Shown here piece after piece: positions 40,640 to 50,608 of a DNA stretch of 64,000 nt. Source of the stretch: a virus; IMG/VR virus record IMGVR_UViG_3300049719_000183, positions 8,486 to 72,485 of that record; one strand, 5' to 3'. The first letter of the stretch is position 1. Each line of letters starts with the position of its first letter. The position numbers and the translations under genes were made by a program. A model generated the notes under the pieces. It searched no databases and was not told the DNA's origin. It saw nothing but the letters and a program-made list of their open reading frames with translations.

Positions 40640-40828
40640 TACGCTGTCAAATCAAGTACGTGGTGGGGGGTTCTGGCCGCCGTGAAATTCCCGCCCACGG
40701 TGTCAGAGGTGGCCTCACTGAGGGCTGAGAACGAACGGCTGAAGAAGCAACTGCGTCCGTCGGAACCAGAGGCCCCACCGCCTCCCATCGAGACGCCACC
40801 TAGGAGGTTTAGCTTCCAGCACACATAG
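40487..40828 (+). CDS. Chimeric small protein with RRFSF tail
   Basis: N-terminal part identical to the 29140 gene; different C-terminus. Confidence 0.6.
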   Translation: MRYEVVVGNIGTVYSGSNERQAQKDYVEYVEQSKTNYGRAAGESVTFFKDGYAVKSSTWWGVLAAVKFPPTVSEVASLRAENERLKKQLRPSEPEAPPPPIETPPRRFSFQHT

Positions 40829-40868
40829 TTTCCACTACAATTCTCAATTTAACTTTAGATTCCTTATC

Positions 40869-41444
40869 ATGCACCACGATACCATGTACGAACCCACCAA
40901 CAACAATACGAGGAACGTCCTCGGCGTCCTCTTCGCCTTCGTAGCAGCCCTCATCCTCATTGCTGACGGCACCTTCACCGTACTCGGCAACTACGAGTAC
41001 AGCAAGAGCATCGAGTCCTATTGGAGCCTGGCCGACAAGGCTTCCACCATCCCGCAGAAGTCCACGTACATTGACAAGTTCGTGGCAGCTCTGGAGGCAT
41101 CTTCGCTGCAGGGCCAGCACAACGCTGTGGTGCTCGACACACCCGACAACAGTTTCGACAGCAACCTCGAAGCACTGAAGACGCTGCAAACCCGCCTGCA
41201 CGAGATAGCGGGCATGGATGTCACGTCATTCCAGTACCAGACGGCCATACAGCAGATAACAGGACAGGAGCAGGGTGAGGCTCACCATCTGCTGGGCATA
41301 TTCGAGGGCTGCTGGTGGAAGGTGCACCACTTCTTCCTGTGGGGCTGGGTGGGCTGCATCAATGTGCTTGGCTCCATTATTCTCTTCATCGTTGGTCTCT
41401 GCATGCGCTTCGCTGACGTACTCACAATGGCCAAGGCTTTCTAA
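40869..41444 (+). CDS. Two-TM membrane protein
   Basis: Hydrophobic helices at both ends around a soluble domain. Confidence 0.7.
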   Translation: MHHDTMYEPTNNNTRNVLGVLFAFVAALILIADGTFTVLGNYEYSKSIESYWSLADKASTIPQKSTYIDKFVAALEASSLQGQHNAVVLDTPDNSFDSNLEALKTLQTRLHEIAGMDVTSFQYQTAIQQITGQEQGEAHHLLGIFEGCWWKVHHFFLWGWVGCINVLGSIILFIVGLCMRFADVLTMAKAF

Positions 41445-42715
41445 TGAGCTTCGGTGTCAAACGCAACGTGTCCGCTGCCCTCAAGCGTGTGGGCGCTGAG
41501 ATAGCTGGCATGTCGCATGGCAGCCTGTACGCAGGCGAACGATTTCCTCAGTCTCTTCGAGGAGCTGAACACCGACCCTGACCTAGGCACTCCGAAGGGC
41601 AGCCTGATAGGGCGCATGGGTGTGGACGTGTTCCTCATGGCAGCCACGCCTGAGATGATGGCTGACACGATCTCCAAGCTGGGCACCTCGGAGGTGTAGA
41701 TTGTTGTTTACAAAAACAGGAACCGTGATAGGAGTTAGGCAATGAGCCTTCCGTTCATTTTCCGTGTTCAGCCCTGCTCCTACAAGGGGTACAGCCTGCT
41801 ACAGTGGAAGGAGGCTGACGATCCCGACTTCGAGCCGATCAAGAACTCCCTGCAAATGCCAACGGAGGTGGCACAACATATCGTGAAGACGAGGTTGCTG
41901 TCGAAACTGCTCGACCCGGACGGCAAGAGCGACGCGGGGGAGTTGGCGCTAGTCCACAAGTGGATATATTCGGAAGCCAGTGAAGACGACCAGCGGACCA
42001 TGCTGGCCGAACTTCGCGCCCACACGGCGGCTGCGGTCGCCAGCAGGGACGCGGAGATTATCCGCAGGCTAGACGATCGTATCGCAGTAGTCCGCGCCGC
42101 AATTTCAGGGGGTGCCCGATGAGCACGCTTACCGAACGGATGAGGGAACCAGCCTTTGAGAATATCAAGTGCCTGTTGCACGAAGCCGCATCCGCAATCG
42201 AGGCGCTGCAGCGCGAGCTTGCTGACCTGCGCAACAGCTCGCCGCAAATCATGGACGACCTTGGCTTGAGCGAAGACAGGGGCATCGCCTTGTCGCCACG
42301 CTCACCTACAAGCCCAACTCCAACATGAAGACCCGGGCCGATAAGTTCGACGCCATCGAACATGGGTTCATCGACAACAACATCCCTGTTCCACGGTTTG
42401 AATGATGAAGCCTTACCTGATCAATTCCGCTGTTCGTGAGACCACCAGCGACCTGCGTTGGGTGCACCGTGATGCGCCCAACCCAAGCCCCGACAACATC
42501 GACATCTACCCACCATCCACCATCCCGAACGCCAAGCTTCAACAGCGTCGAGTGATGGTGGACTACTGGCGCGCCGGTCGGAAGAGGGGGCAGTGCCCCA
42601 GGCACATTGCCAGTCAAATCAAGTACGTGGTGGGGGGTTCTGGCGACGACATCGAATACGTGTACATGACCGAGCGGAGCGAGTGGTTCGATGTGGGGTT
42701 CATCGATTATCGCAA

Positions 42716-43228
42716 ATGAAGATACTCGACATGTCCGCAGGCCACAGGGCCATCTGGTTCAACAAGAATCAGCCCAACACCACCTATGTGGACATCCGTC
42801 CCGAGGTGAAGCCCACCGTGTGCGCCGACACCACCAAGGATCTGGCTGCAGCCGTGGGCGTGGGGTATAACCTCATCGTGTTCGATCCACCCCATGTGAA
42901 CGGCGGCAAGAATAGCCACATCTCCCGTGACTATGGCCACCACACCACGGCGCAGATTAGGCGCATCGTGCAGGAGAGCGCCCTGCAGGCCTGGTGGGTG
43001 AGCGAGAAGGATGCCGTCATGAGCTTCAAGTGGAACGACCATGACCAGAAGCTGGAGGCCATGTTGAAGCTGATGGACCCGTTCTGGGAACCCCTGGTGG
43101 GCTACAAAACCGCCAGCCGCCTGAAGCACAGGAGCAGCACGCAGTGGGTTCTTCTCAAGCGCCGTCCCGTCTATCCACTGCATCCACTGCACCAAAACTA
43201 TAGGCGACTATCCCCTGACGACACGTAA
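42716..43228 (+). CDS. SAM-dependent (amino) DNA methyltransferase-like protein
   Basis: MKILDMSAGHRAIWFNK; LIVFDPPH; FKWND. Confidence 0.8.
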   Translation: MKILDMSAGHRAIWFNKNQPNTTYVDIRPEVKPTVCADTTKDLAAAVGVGYNLIVFDPPHVNGGKNSHISRDYGHHTTAQIRRIVQESALQAWWVSEKDAVMSFKWNDHDQKLEAMLKLMDPFWEPLVGYKTASRLKHRSSTQWVLLKRRPVYPLHPLHQNYRRLSPDDT

Positions 43229-44301
43229 CCCATGAAAACCTCAATTGACCTAATTGCCCCCGCGAGCGCGGCGACGGCTGGCGACCGAGAGTGCGCATTG
43301 CAGGTAATGCGGGCAGTCCGCAATATGGCGCCAGCAGTAGAAGCCTTCGACGTAGTTCTCGGCTTAGAGTACGCAAAGGCAGCCGGAGACATCATCGCCG
43401 CCCACTGTGCCGCCGCACGGGCAGAAGCGGAGAGGGCTAAGGCTCTAAACACGCGGCTGATTAGGGAACTTGCCGATAAAACGACTCCTCCCACAGACGA
43501 ACTAACCGGACTACCACTATGAACGACGAGCAAGAACAAGCCACAGATTCAGCTCCTATCGAGGATTGGGTGGTATGCCCTAAATGCCTCAAGGAAGTCC
43601 CGATGCACAGGGCTCACTATTGCGTCAGGGTTACCATCACGACACCCGAATACGAAGTGACGCCGGAGCGTTTAGTTGAGCTATTGCATGACGCTCGCAG
43701 CAAGACCAAGGAGGCCAACCGAAGGGACTTTGAATCGAGCGCCGAGCTCGCCGCCCACGTTGCCGCCGCTACGGCCAAGGAGAGGCAAGCGCGGGAATTG
43801 GCGGAGGGGGAGAACGCGAGGCTGAAAGCGAAACTGCACTCTGTCACCCTTGCCGTTGATGGGTACGTGGACGGTGCGCCCGACTGCAACGCAGTCTCCA
43901 AGCTGGCCAACCAAGTATCGCTAATCATCAACCCACCTGCGTACCCATGAAACTAAAGATCGCCAACCGTATACGCGAAATATACAATCAGATTGAGGAA
44001 GGGGAGCCCGACATATCCACCGAAAGGCTGCTCTGTCAAACTGCTGACCAACATAATTTGTGTTATGGAACAGAGTTCGATAACAGCGACGTGGTAGATG
44101 CATTAATCACCACGGGGGAACTCAAGGAATCCCCGCCCGCCGTTAGCGGCGAGTGCCTACCTGTCGCCAAGGGATAATCACCAAACTATATGAGCTACAT
44201 CGACAAACACGAAGCTAATGTCCGCGAACAAATCGCGGCTGGAAACATGGACTACCTGCGAGTCGAGCTTGCGGAGGCACGGAAGGAAATAGCGTTCCGA
44301 G

Positions 44302-45159
44302 ATGATGCTTGAGGACACAGCAGAGACCAGGCTGGCCCAGACGCTCTTCTGCGTGGAGGCCACGAGTTTCGAGAGGTACTCGCTGTGGTGCAACTATGCC
44401 CACCATAGCCATAGCAGGCTACCCGGGGTGACGCCCATCAAGTGGGAGCAAGCGTACAAGCCAGATGGTTGGCTCGTCACTGTGGGCAAGCTGGCCAAGA
44501 AGCCCGTGTGCATCGACATCAGCTGGGACAGGCTTGACGGCCAGATGATCTGCTTCTACCGTGGCTGCAGTCGGGTGACTGACAGTGTCATGATCGAGAA
44601 GTGGATGAGGAAGCATTTCAAGGGCGTGTGGGATGGGGGCAGACGGCTGGCCATGGAGGACGCACAGAACTTCCACACTGCATCCATGCTATCCAGGAGG
44701 CCAACAAATAAAGTCCCGCAATCACAACAATCAAGTTCATCCATGAGTTCATCCATGAGTGAGTGCATCAACACTTGGGACCAGCTGAACAAGGCCAAGG
44801 CGATGGGCCTGGTGCCTGTGGCCATTGGCCCGTACAAGACGGGCACACGCAAACTTTACGTGGGCGGTCTATTATTCCGCATAGGTGCTTTGCCATGTCT
44901 CCCGATGGCTGCCGGTGTGAAAGTGTGGCATCTCACCGAGGCCACGGATCCGAAGGAGAACTCCTGGTGTGAACTAGGCACCAAGAAGTTCCGACTGATC
45001 GGGGCCGAAGGTGACACCTATCACCAACGCATGAAGTGGCTCATCGAGCAGGCCAAGGCCTGGGTGAAGGACAGGTATGGTGTGGTGGAGTGGGAGCGCA
45101 ACCGTTCTGGTGATCTTGTCCCTGCACCTGTAAACACAAAATACCCCCTGGCAAAATGA
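44302..45159 (+). CDS. Probably two genes fused by a 1-nt deletion near 44677
   Basis: Alternative frame after NFH reads CIHAIQEANK-stop; junction in the annotated frame is low-complexity with a 12-bp duplication. Confidence 0.5.
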   Translation: MMLEDTAETRLAQTLFCVEATSFERYSLWCNYAHHSHSRLPGVTPIKWEQAYKPDGWLVTVGKLAKKPVCIDISWDRLDGQMICFYRGCSRVTDSVMIEKWMRKHFKGVWDGGRRLAMEDAQNFHTASMLSRRPTNKVPQSQQSSSSMSSSMSECINTWDQLNKAKAMGLVPVAIGPYKTGTRKLYVGGLLFRIGALPCLPMAAGVKVWHLTEATDPKENSWCELGTKKFRLIGAEGDTYHQRMKWLIEQAKAWVKDRYGVVEWERNRSGDLVPAPVNTKYPLAK

Positions 45160-46067
45160 GACGAAGCCCTATGAACGATGGTGGCGCTCTCGATGACATC
45201 CGCACTGAGAAGGATGAGATCGTGCAGGTTGAGACCAGCACATCGGCTGGTGGCCTCGACACGGTGTACATCCATGTGAACGGTCGAACCATCGTGCGCG
45301 TCATCTCGGCGGAGCCCATCCAGGCGAACCCACGGACACGGATGATCCAGAGAAGCCTCCGCTGCCATCCTGGCGGACCCACAGATTAACGGTGCCCGCG
45401 TTGTACGAGGCGTAGATGAATGACAAATGAATAAAGACCTACCCTACCTGACGGAACAGGAAGCCGATACCATCTGCCTGTTCGGAGGCGGTGAACGGTG
45501 CTGCAGGTACCTGGTGATGGGCGCTGGTGGCCTGCAATGCGCCAAGCACGACTTCGGCCTGAGGATGACCCTTGACGCCCGCAAGGATATGGTGGCGAAG
45601 GGTGACAACTGTGAGGGCAAGCATGGCGAGGGCACCCTCACAGGTGGTGGATCGCTACGGGCTGTAATCGCTGTTCTGAGGAAAACATGAACATCATCTC
45701 TCGCATCATCTACATCATCGTCTGCACGGGCACAGCCATGGTAGGTTACAGCATCCACCACAGTGTGGGCTGGGCCATCATTGACTGGCTGTTCTGGCCC
45801 GTTGCCTGGGTCAAGTGGCTCGTCTGTCACGAGGTGAGCCTGTCGCTCATCAAGTCCACCTTCTCTTTCTTCTTCACATGATGGCAGGCCAGCGCATTCG
45901 TGTCCGGATTCCGGGCACTGACGCTCTGACGAAGTCCAAGGAGGTGCTGCGTCTCTCGCCCAACGGGCTGCCTGTCGTACGCATCTGGTACCCCGATGGG
46001 GCGAGGGAGGAAACCGTAACAGACTTTGTGCTTGCGCCCCACACGACAAATCCTGTAAACACTTCCA

Positions 46068-46316
46068 ATGCCCAAGCCGAAGACAGCCTCAGCGCACAGG
46101 GTTGAAACGCGCCACTCCAACTTCATGCTGAGCACCCACAAGGCTGTGCTGGTGCCTGCCCTGCATGAGGGCAAAATGGTACAGTTCAGAATGCCTTTCA
46201 CCATGCAGAAGAGCCTGTTAGAGGCTTTCACACACAAGTACGAGAAGTGCCCGATGTGTCTGCTTGAGGAAGAGGTTCTTCAACCTGTCCACCGTAGATT
46301 CAATTTCGCCACATGA
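46068..46316 (+). CDS. Small protein with RRFNF tail
   Basis: CPMC; PVHRRFNFAT. Confidence 0.6.
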   Translation: MPKPKTASAHRVETRHSNFMLSTHKAVLVPALHEGKMVQFRMPFTMQKSLLEAFTHKYEKCPMCLLEEEVLQPVHRRFNFAT

Positions 46317-46796
46317 AAATCTCACTGAGCTGCATCTTTTGCGGGGCAAAGCACACGACCAGCGCTGTTGCTGAAGCGGGTTGGCGGGTGCGCTACGGCT
46401 CCATGGACATCCGCAATGGTGTGCCTGCCAAGATTGAGGAGATGGTCATCAGTGACCCGGCCTCGCCCGAGTCCGGCCAGGCGCTGCTGGACGCCATTGA
46501 CGGATACCTGGCCAAGTACGCCAAGGCTGGAAGCCCCTACGACCGCAGTTCTGTAAACAAATGCCCACCACCGGAACAGGAATGAGCGAACAGCAACCTG
46601 TCAGCGAGCGGGAGTTCCGCATGGGACGCCAGCTGGCTGCCACTCAGGAGGAACTGAAGGTGGTCCGTGAGACCGCCACCAGGCTGCTCGCCGCCATGTA
46701 TCAGTCCACCAAGATAACATCTGAGGACTTCAGGCAGGAGCGGGAACGCCTTCGGCAGTCAATGGAGTCCCCCAACAGGCCGACGCTACAGCCACT

Positions 46797-47234
46797 GTGA
46801 AGACGCTCGCCATACTTCTCATCCTTGCCCATTTCTCCGGGGACTGGCTGCTGCAGACCCGTGCGATGGCCGAGAACAAGAGCCGTTATTTCACCACGCT
46901 GCTGTTCCACCTGGCCCTGATGCTTTCACCCATTGCGGCGGTGGTGATCATCCTTCACCCGATGCCAGCCAACCCTCTCGTGGGCGCTCTGTTCCTCTAC
47001 GCCGTTGCCCATGGCATACAGGACTGGTACCTGTGGCGTTTCTATGTCCAGATTCGGGGCGGTGACAATGCGTTCGAGGTGCCTACGGGTGGGCAGCCCT
47101 TCTGGCGTGGGCTACAGGAGACGAAGGTGTATGCCACACCAAAGCTCAACATGCGCCACGACTACGCTTTCTACAGCACCATCGCCATCGACCAGATGCT
47201 GCACCTGGTGGTGCTGTTCTTGATCTTTCTCTGA
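46797..47234 (+). CDS. DUF3307-like membrane protein
   Basis: LAHFSGDWLLQTRAMAENK; HGIQD; IDQMLH. Confidence 0.8.
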   Translation: MKTLAILLILAHFSGDWLLQTRAMAENKSRYFTTLLFHLALMLSPIAAVVIILHPMPANPLVGALFLYAVAHGIQDWYLWRFYVQIRGGDNAFEVPTGGQPFWRGLQETKVYATPKLNMRHDYAFYSTIAIDQMLHLVVLFLIFL

Positions 47235-47563
47235 CATGAGAAAGCGTCATCCAAATGTGCACCAACTTGGCGGCAAGAATCTGGTGGACAGTTTGAGGGA
47301 TGCCACGGGTAGGGACGATCCTTACAGGCGGCTCAAGGACTGGGAGGCGCTGGCTGAGATACTTTGCACCCGGCCTCTCACCAAGAAGGAGTACTGGCCC
47401 AACGACTGGCACCAGGACTGCGGCTTCGTGGCGTTTCTCCTCCACAACCTGGAGACGACGCTGGAGGAATTGAACACGGGCAAGCGCATTGTGCTGCCCA
47501 AGACCAAGGAGCACGCTGTGCACATGATCCAGGTTGCTGAGGCCACTATCAAGTCACTGGCCG

Positions 47564-47890
47564 ATGCACCGACCGAGACGCAAGGGCAATAGGGGCAAGA
47601 AAAACCTCGTTTGGTACGAGAAGTACGGCCCGGTTCCCAGGGCGCCCTGTTGCTGGTGCGGGCGCCTCATGAAGTTCAATGAGGCCACGCTGGAGCACGT
47701 CATCCCTCTAGGCATGGGTGGCCGGGATCACCCCGACAATTGGGACATCAGCTGCTGGCGATGCAATCAGCGGGAGGGCAAGTGGGTGTCCCACTTCTGC
47801 AACAAGAGGAAGCGTGTCCAGGTGGAGGATCCCAAGTCTCGCTGGAAGACCTGGCTCAAGTCAGCCAGCAAGTGGCTAGGGGTATCGTGA
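47564..47890 (+). CDS. HNH endonuclease
   Basis: CCWCG...ATLEHVIPLGMGGRDHPDNWDISCWRCN. Confidence 0.8.
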   Translation: MHRPRRKGNRGKKNLVWYEKYGPVPRAPCCWCGRLMKFNEATLEHVIPLGMGGRDHPDNWDISCWRCNQREGKWVSHFCNKRKRVQVEDPKSRWKTWLKSASKWLGVS

Positions 47891-48119
47891 CGGTGACACC
47901 GGAGAAACCGCCCTGTGTCACTGGCAGTGTCACCAGGAGCGTTGAGCCATCCGGGCCGTAGTTGATCTGCTGCACGGCGCTGGCCTGGGACGAATCACCG
48001 TAGTAAAACTCCACGTTGTTCCCCACTGTGGCTGTGAAGGTCTGGAAATTCTTGTCGGACACCATCGTGACACTGGTGATGACGTCCTGGGGATTGGTGG
48101 TGATGACAGGATTGGCCAT
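47856..48119 (-). CDS. Small late (probably virion) protein isolated among early genes
   Basis: TAGTTA-N4-ATG on minus strand (48129-48124); T/V-rich beta-type sequence. Confidence 0.65.
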   Translation of the reverse strand: MANPVITTNPQDVITSVTMVSDKNFQTFTATVGNNVEFYYGDSSQASAVQQINYGPDGSTLLVTLPVTQGGFSGVTVTIPLATCWLT

Positions 48120-48150
48120 GCTCTAACTAAGGGGCATTCTAAGAGGGCCT

Positions 48151-49242
48151 ATGGCCTTCTTTCGACTCATTGAGGGTGACGCCATCGATGCCCTTAGGGA
48201 CTTTCCTGCTGAGAGCGTTCATTGCGTCGTCACCAGCCCGCCCTATTGGGGCTTGCGTGACTACGGCACGGGCACCTGGGTGGGTGGTGATCCTGCCTGT
48301 CAGCACGCTGTGGGAAACCAGGTGGCCGACAACAAAGCGCCCGGCGCTATCACCACGGGTCAACGGCCAGGTGTCGATGCCAGCCACTGCCGCAAGTGTG
48401 GGGCGCTGCGAAAGGACAAGCAGATTGGGTTGGAGAGCGAGCCCGAGGATTACATCGCCAGTATGGTGCGCGTCTTCCGTGAAGTGAAGCGAGTGCTCAG
48501 GGATGATGGCACGCTGTGGCTCAACATTGGGGACAGCTACAGTGGCTCAGGAAAGGGGCCTGCGGGCAATCTCGGCAGGAAGCACGATGAGCGTAACCTT
48601 TGGAAGGCGGCGGGCGGTGTGGTGAGCGCCAACGTGCCGAAGGGAACGAAGCCCAAGGATCTCGTGGGCATCCCGTGGATGCTGGCATTCGCCTTGAGAG
48701 CTGATGGCTGGTACCTCCGGTCTGACATCATCTGGTGCAAGCCCAACCCGATGCCCGAGAGCGTGAGGGACCGGCCCACGCGCAGCCATGAGTACATCTT
48801 CCTCCTGGCAAAAAGTCCTAACTATCACTACGACCATACGGCCATCATGGAGCCTGCCGTGGCCACCCACACGATGGGCAACAAGAAGCATCGCTACGTT
48901 GACGGCTACGAGGGCGGCACCGAGACGTTCAGGACCAAGGGCGGATTGATGGCGTACGCCGAGAAGACTCGCAAGAATCCACCCACCGTGCGCAACAGGC
49001 GCTCCGTGTGGACCGTGCAGACGAAGCCGTACGAGGAAGCTCACTTCGCTACGTTTCCACCCGAGCTGATAAAGCCGTGCGTGCTCGCTGGATGCCCCGA
49101 GGGCGGTGTGGTGTTGGACCCGTTCGCGGGCTCAGGCACCACAGGAGAAGTGGCCTTGGAGAATGGAAGGGGCGCTCTCCTGATAGAGCTTAACCCCGAC
49201 TACTGCAAGCTGATAGAAAAGCGCACGGCGCACCTGTTGTAA
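48151..49242 (+). CDS. N4-C/N6-A DNA methyltransferase
   Basis: VVTSPPYWGLRDY; IIWCKPNPMPESVRDR; HFATFP; VLDPFAGSGTT. Confidence 0.93.
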   Translation: MAFFRLIEGDAIDALRDFPAESVHCVVTSPPYWGLRDYGTGTWVGGDPACQHAVGNQVADNKAPGAITTGQRPGVDASHCRKCGALRKDKQIGLESEPEDYIASMVRVFREVKRVLRDDGTLWLNIGDSYSGSGKGPAGNLGRKHDERNLWKAAGGVVSANVPKGTKPKDLVGIPWMLAFALRADGWYLRSDIIWCKPNPMPESVRDRPTRSHEYIFLLAKSPNYHYDHTAIMEPAVATHTMGNKKHRYVDGYEGGTETFRTKGGLMAYAEKTRKNPPTVRNRRSVWTVQTKPYEEAHFATFPPELIKPCVLAGCPEGGVVLDPFAGSGTTGEVALENGRGALLIELNPDYCKLIEKRTAHLL

Positions 49243-49469
49243 TCTTGTTTACAAAACAGGATTTGTTGTTATACAGGAGACATGCCCAAGTCACAGCCAC
49301 AGTGGTATACTCTCCGCAGGACCACGACCAAAAAGGTGTTCGGCGTGCCGCCCACCGAGGTGCGTGACGCTGAGATTGAACTGGGCACAGCCCTTCAGAG
49401 CCTGATAAATCAGGCCGACAAGCTGTGTGAGTTGAGCCTCACGGCATCGAACAAGCTCCTGCTTACCTG

Positions 49470-49976
49470 ATGGGCTTCCTCGCACACATCTACGTCTACA
49501 TGGACGCCTACCACGAGGCTGAGGCTGATCCTGCCGCATTCGGCAAGAGCCTCGTTGACGCCATACGCCGTGTCTCAGGTCTTGGTGGACCTGTCAGCTT
49601 GTGCGTGGGCTGCCACGGCAATGGGGCCACAGTGATCGGTATCAAACACGCAGACGACGAGACAGTGCTCGTCCACAAGGGCAACTGTGTGGTGGATGTG
49701 CTGAGCCGGGACTTCGAGGCGTTCGTCAAGCGCTCTCCCGAGGTGGCTCAGGAGTTCCTGAAATCGGCTGAGTGGTCCGTCAAGGAGGCTCGCAGGCGCG
49801 TCTGGTGCGCTCAGCAGGAGGCCGCAGGCCTGAAGCCCAAGCCACCGAAGCCGCCCCGCCACTACCACAAGTGGTACCCCATTACGCACCAGCTCGTGGA
49901 ACGCACCTGCAAAGAATGTGGGTCCACCAGGAGGTGGAATGGAAAGAAGTGGGTGGTCAAACCCAAGAAGCCATGA
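49470..49976 (+). CDS. Hypothetical protein with C-terminal Zn ribbon
   Basis: HYHKW...RTCKECG. Confidence 0.6.
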   Translation: MGFLAHIYVYMDAYHEAEADPAAFGKSLVDAIRRVSGLGGPVSLCVGCHGNGATVIGIKHADDETVLVHKGNCVVDVLSRDFEAFVKRSPEVAQEFLKSAEWSVKEARRRVWCAQQEAAGLKPKPPKPPRHYHKWYPITHQLVERTCKECGSTRRWNGKKWVVKPKKP

Positions 49977-50608
49977 GGCACGACGAGAAGCGCTATCTGT
50001 CAGCGCACAAGCACGTTCAGCTCATCACGGGCAACACGCTGGTCACCTTCCCCGTACTGTACGAGGAGGAGTACGACTACGCAGGGAGCGACGAGATGCA
50101 CCACGCCCACCAGATCGTGCTGGCCATGAACGTGAAGCCAGCCCGTATTGAAGGCGAGATGACCGAGGAGGCCAAAGCCGAGGCGTGGGACGACATTGCA
50201 TTCCCGAAGTGGGTGCCAATGACGGAGGCCATCGAGCACCATCTGTTCGCCTTCACACTCGATGAGCGGGTGAACTACCAGGGTCCCAAGATATTTGCCA
50301 ACTATGACTCCACGTTGCCCGTTGACTGACATGACTGTCACTGATTTTCATAACAGGGAGCACGCCCACGCCATCCGTCGTTCCCTTCGGGACGCCAGCC
50401 TGTGGATTCACCAGATAAAGGGCAACACACTGTCGCGGAAGACGCCCCTGGAGGTGATGGTGAACGACAAGGCGCTGGCTGCCATTGCCTCCCTTGAACA
50501 GGCTCTCCACCTCATCGACACGCCTCCCGTTACGCCTGAGGGCGTGGTCTTCCTGAAGAAGGTGGTCGAGAGCGCGAGAAGCGCTGTTGACTGATCTGTA
50601 GTTAACGG

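Noticed and set aside
42716-49242. Restriction-modification system formed by the two methyltransferases and the HNH gene
   Set aside because: The genes are not adjacent and no cognate restriction enzyme is evident; orphan methyltransferases are routine in phages
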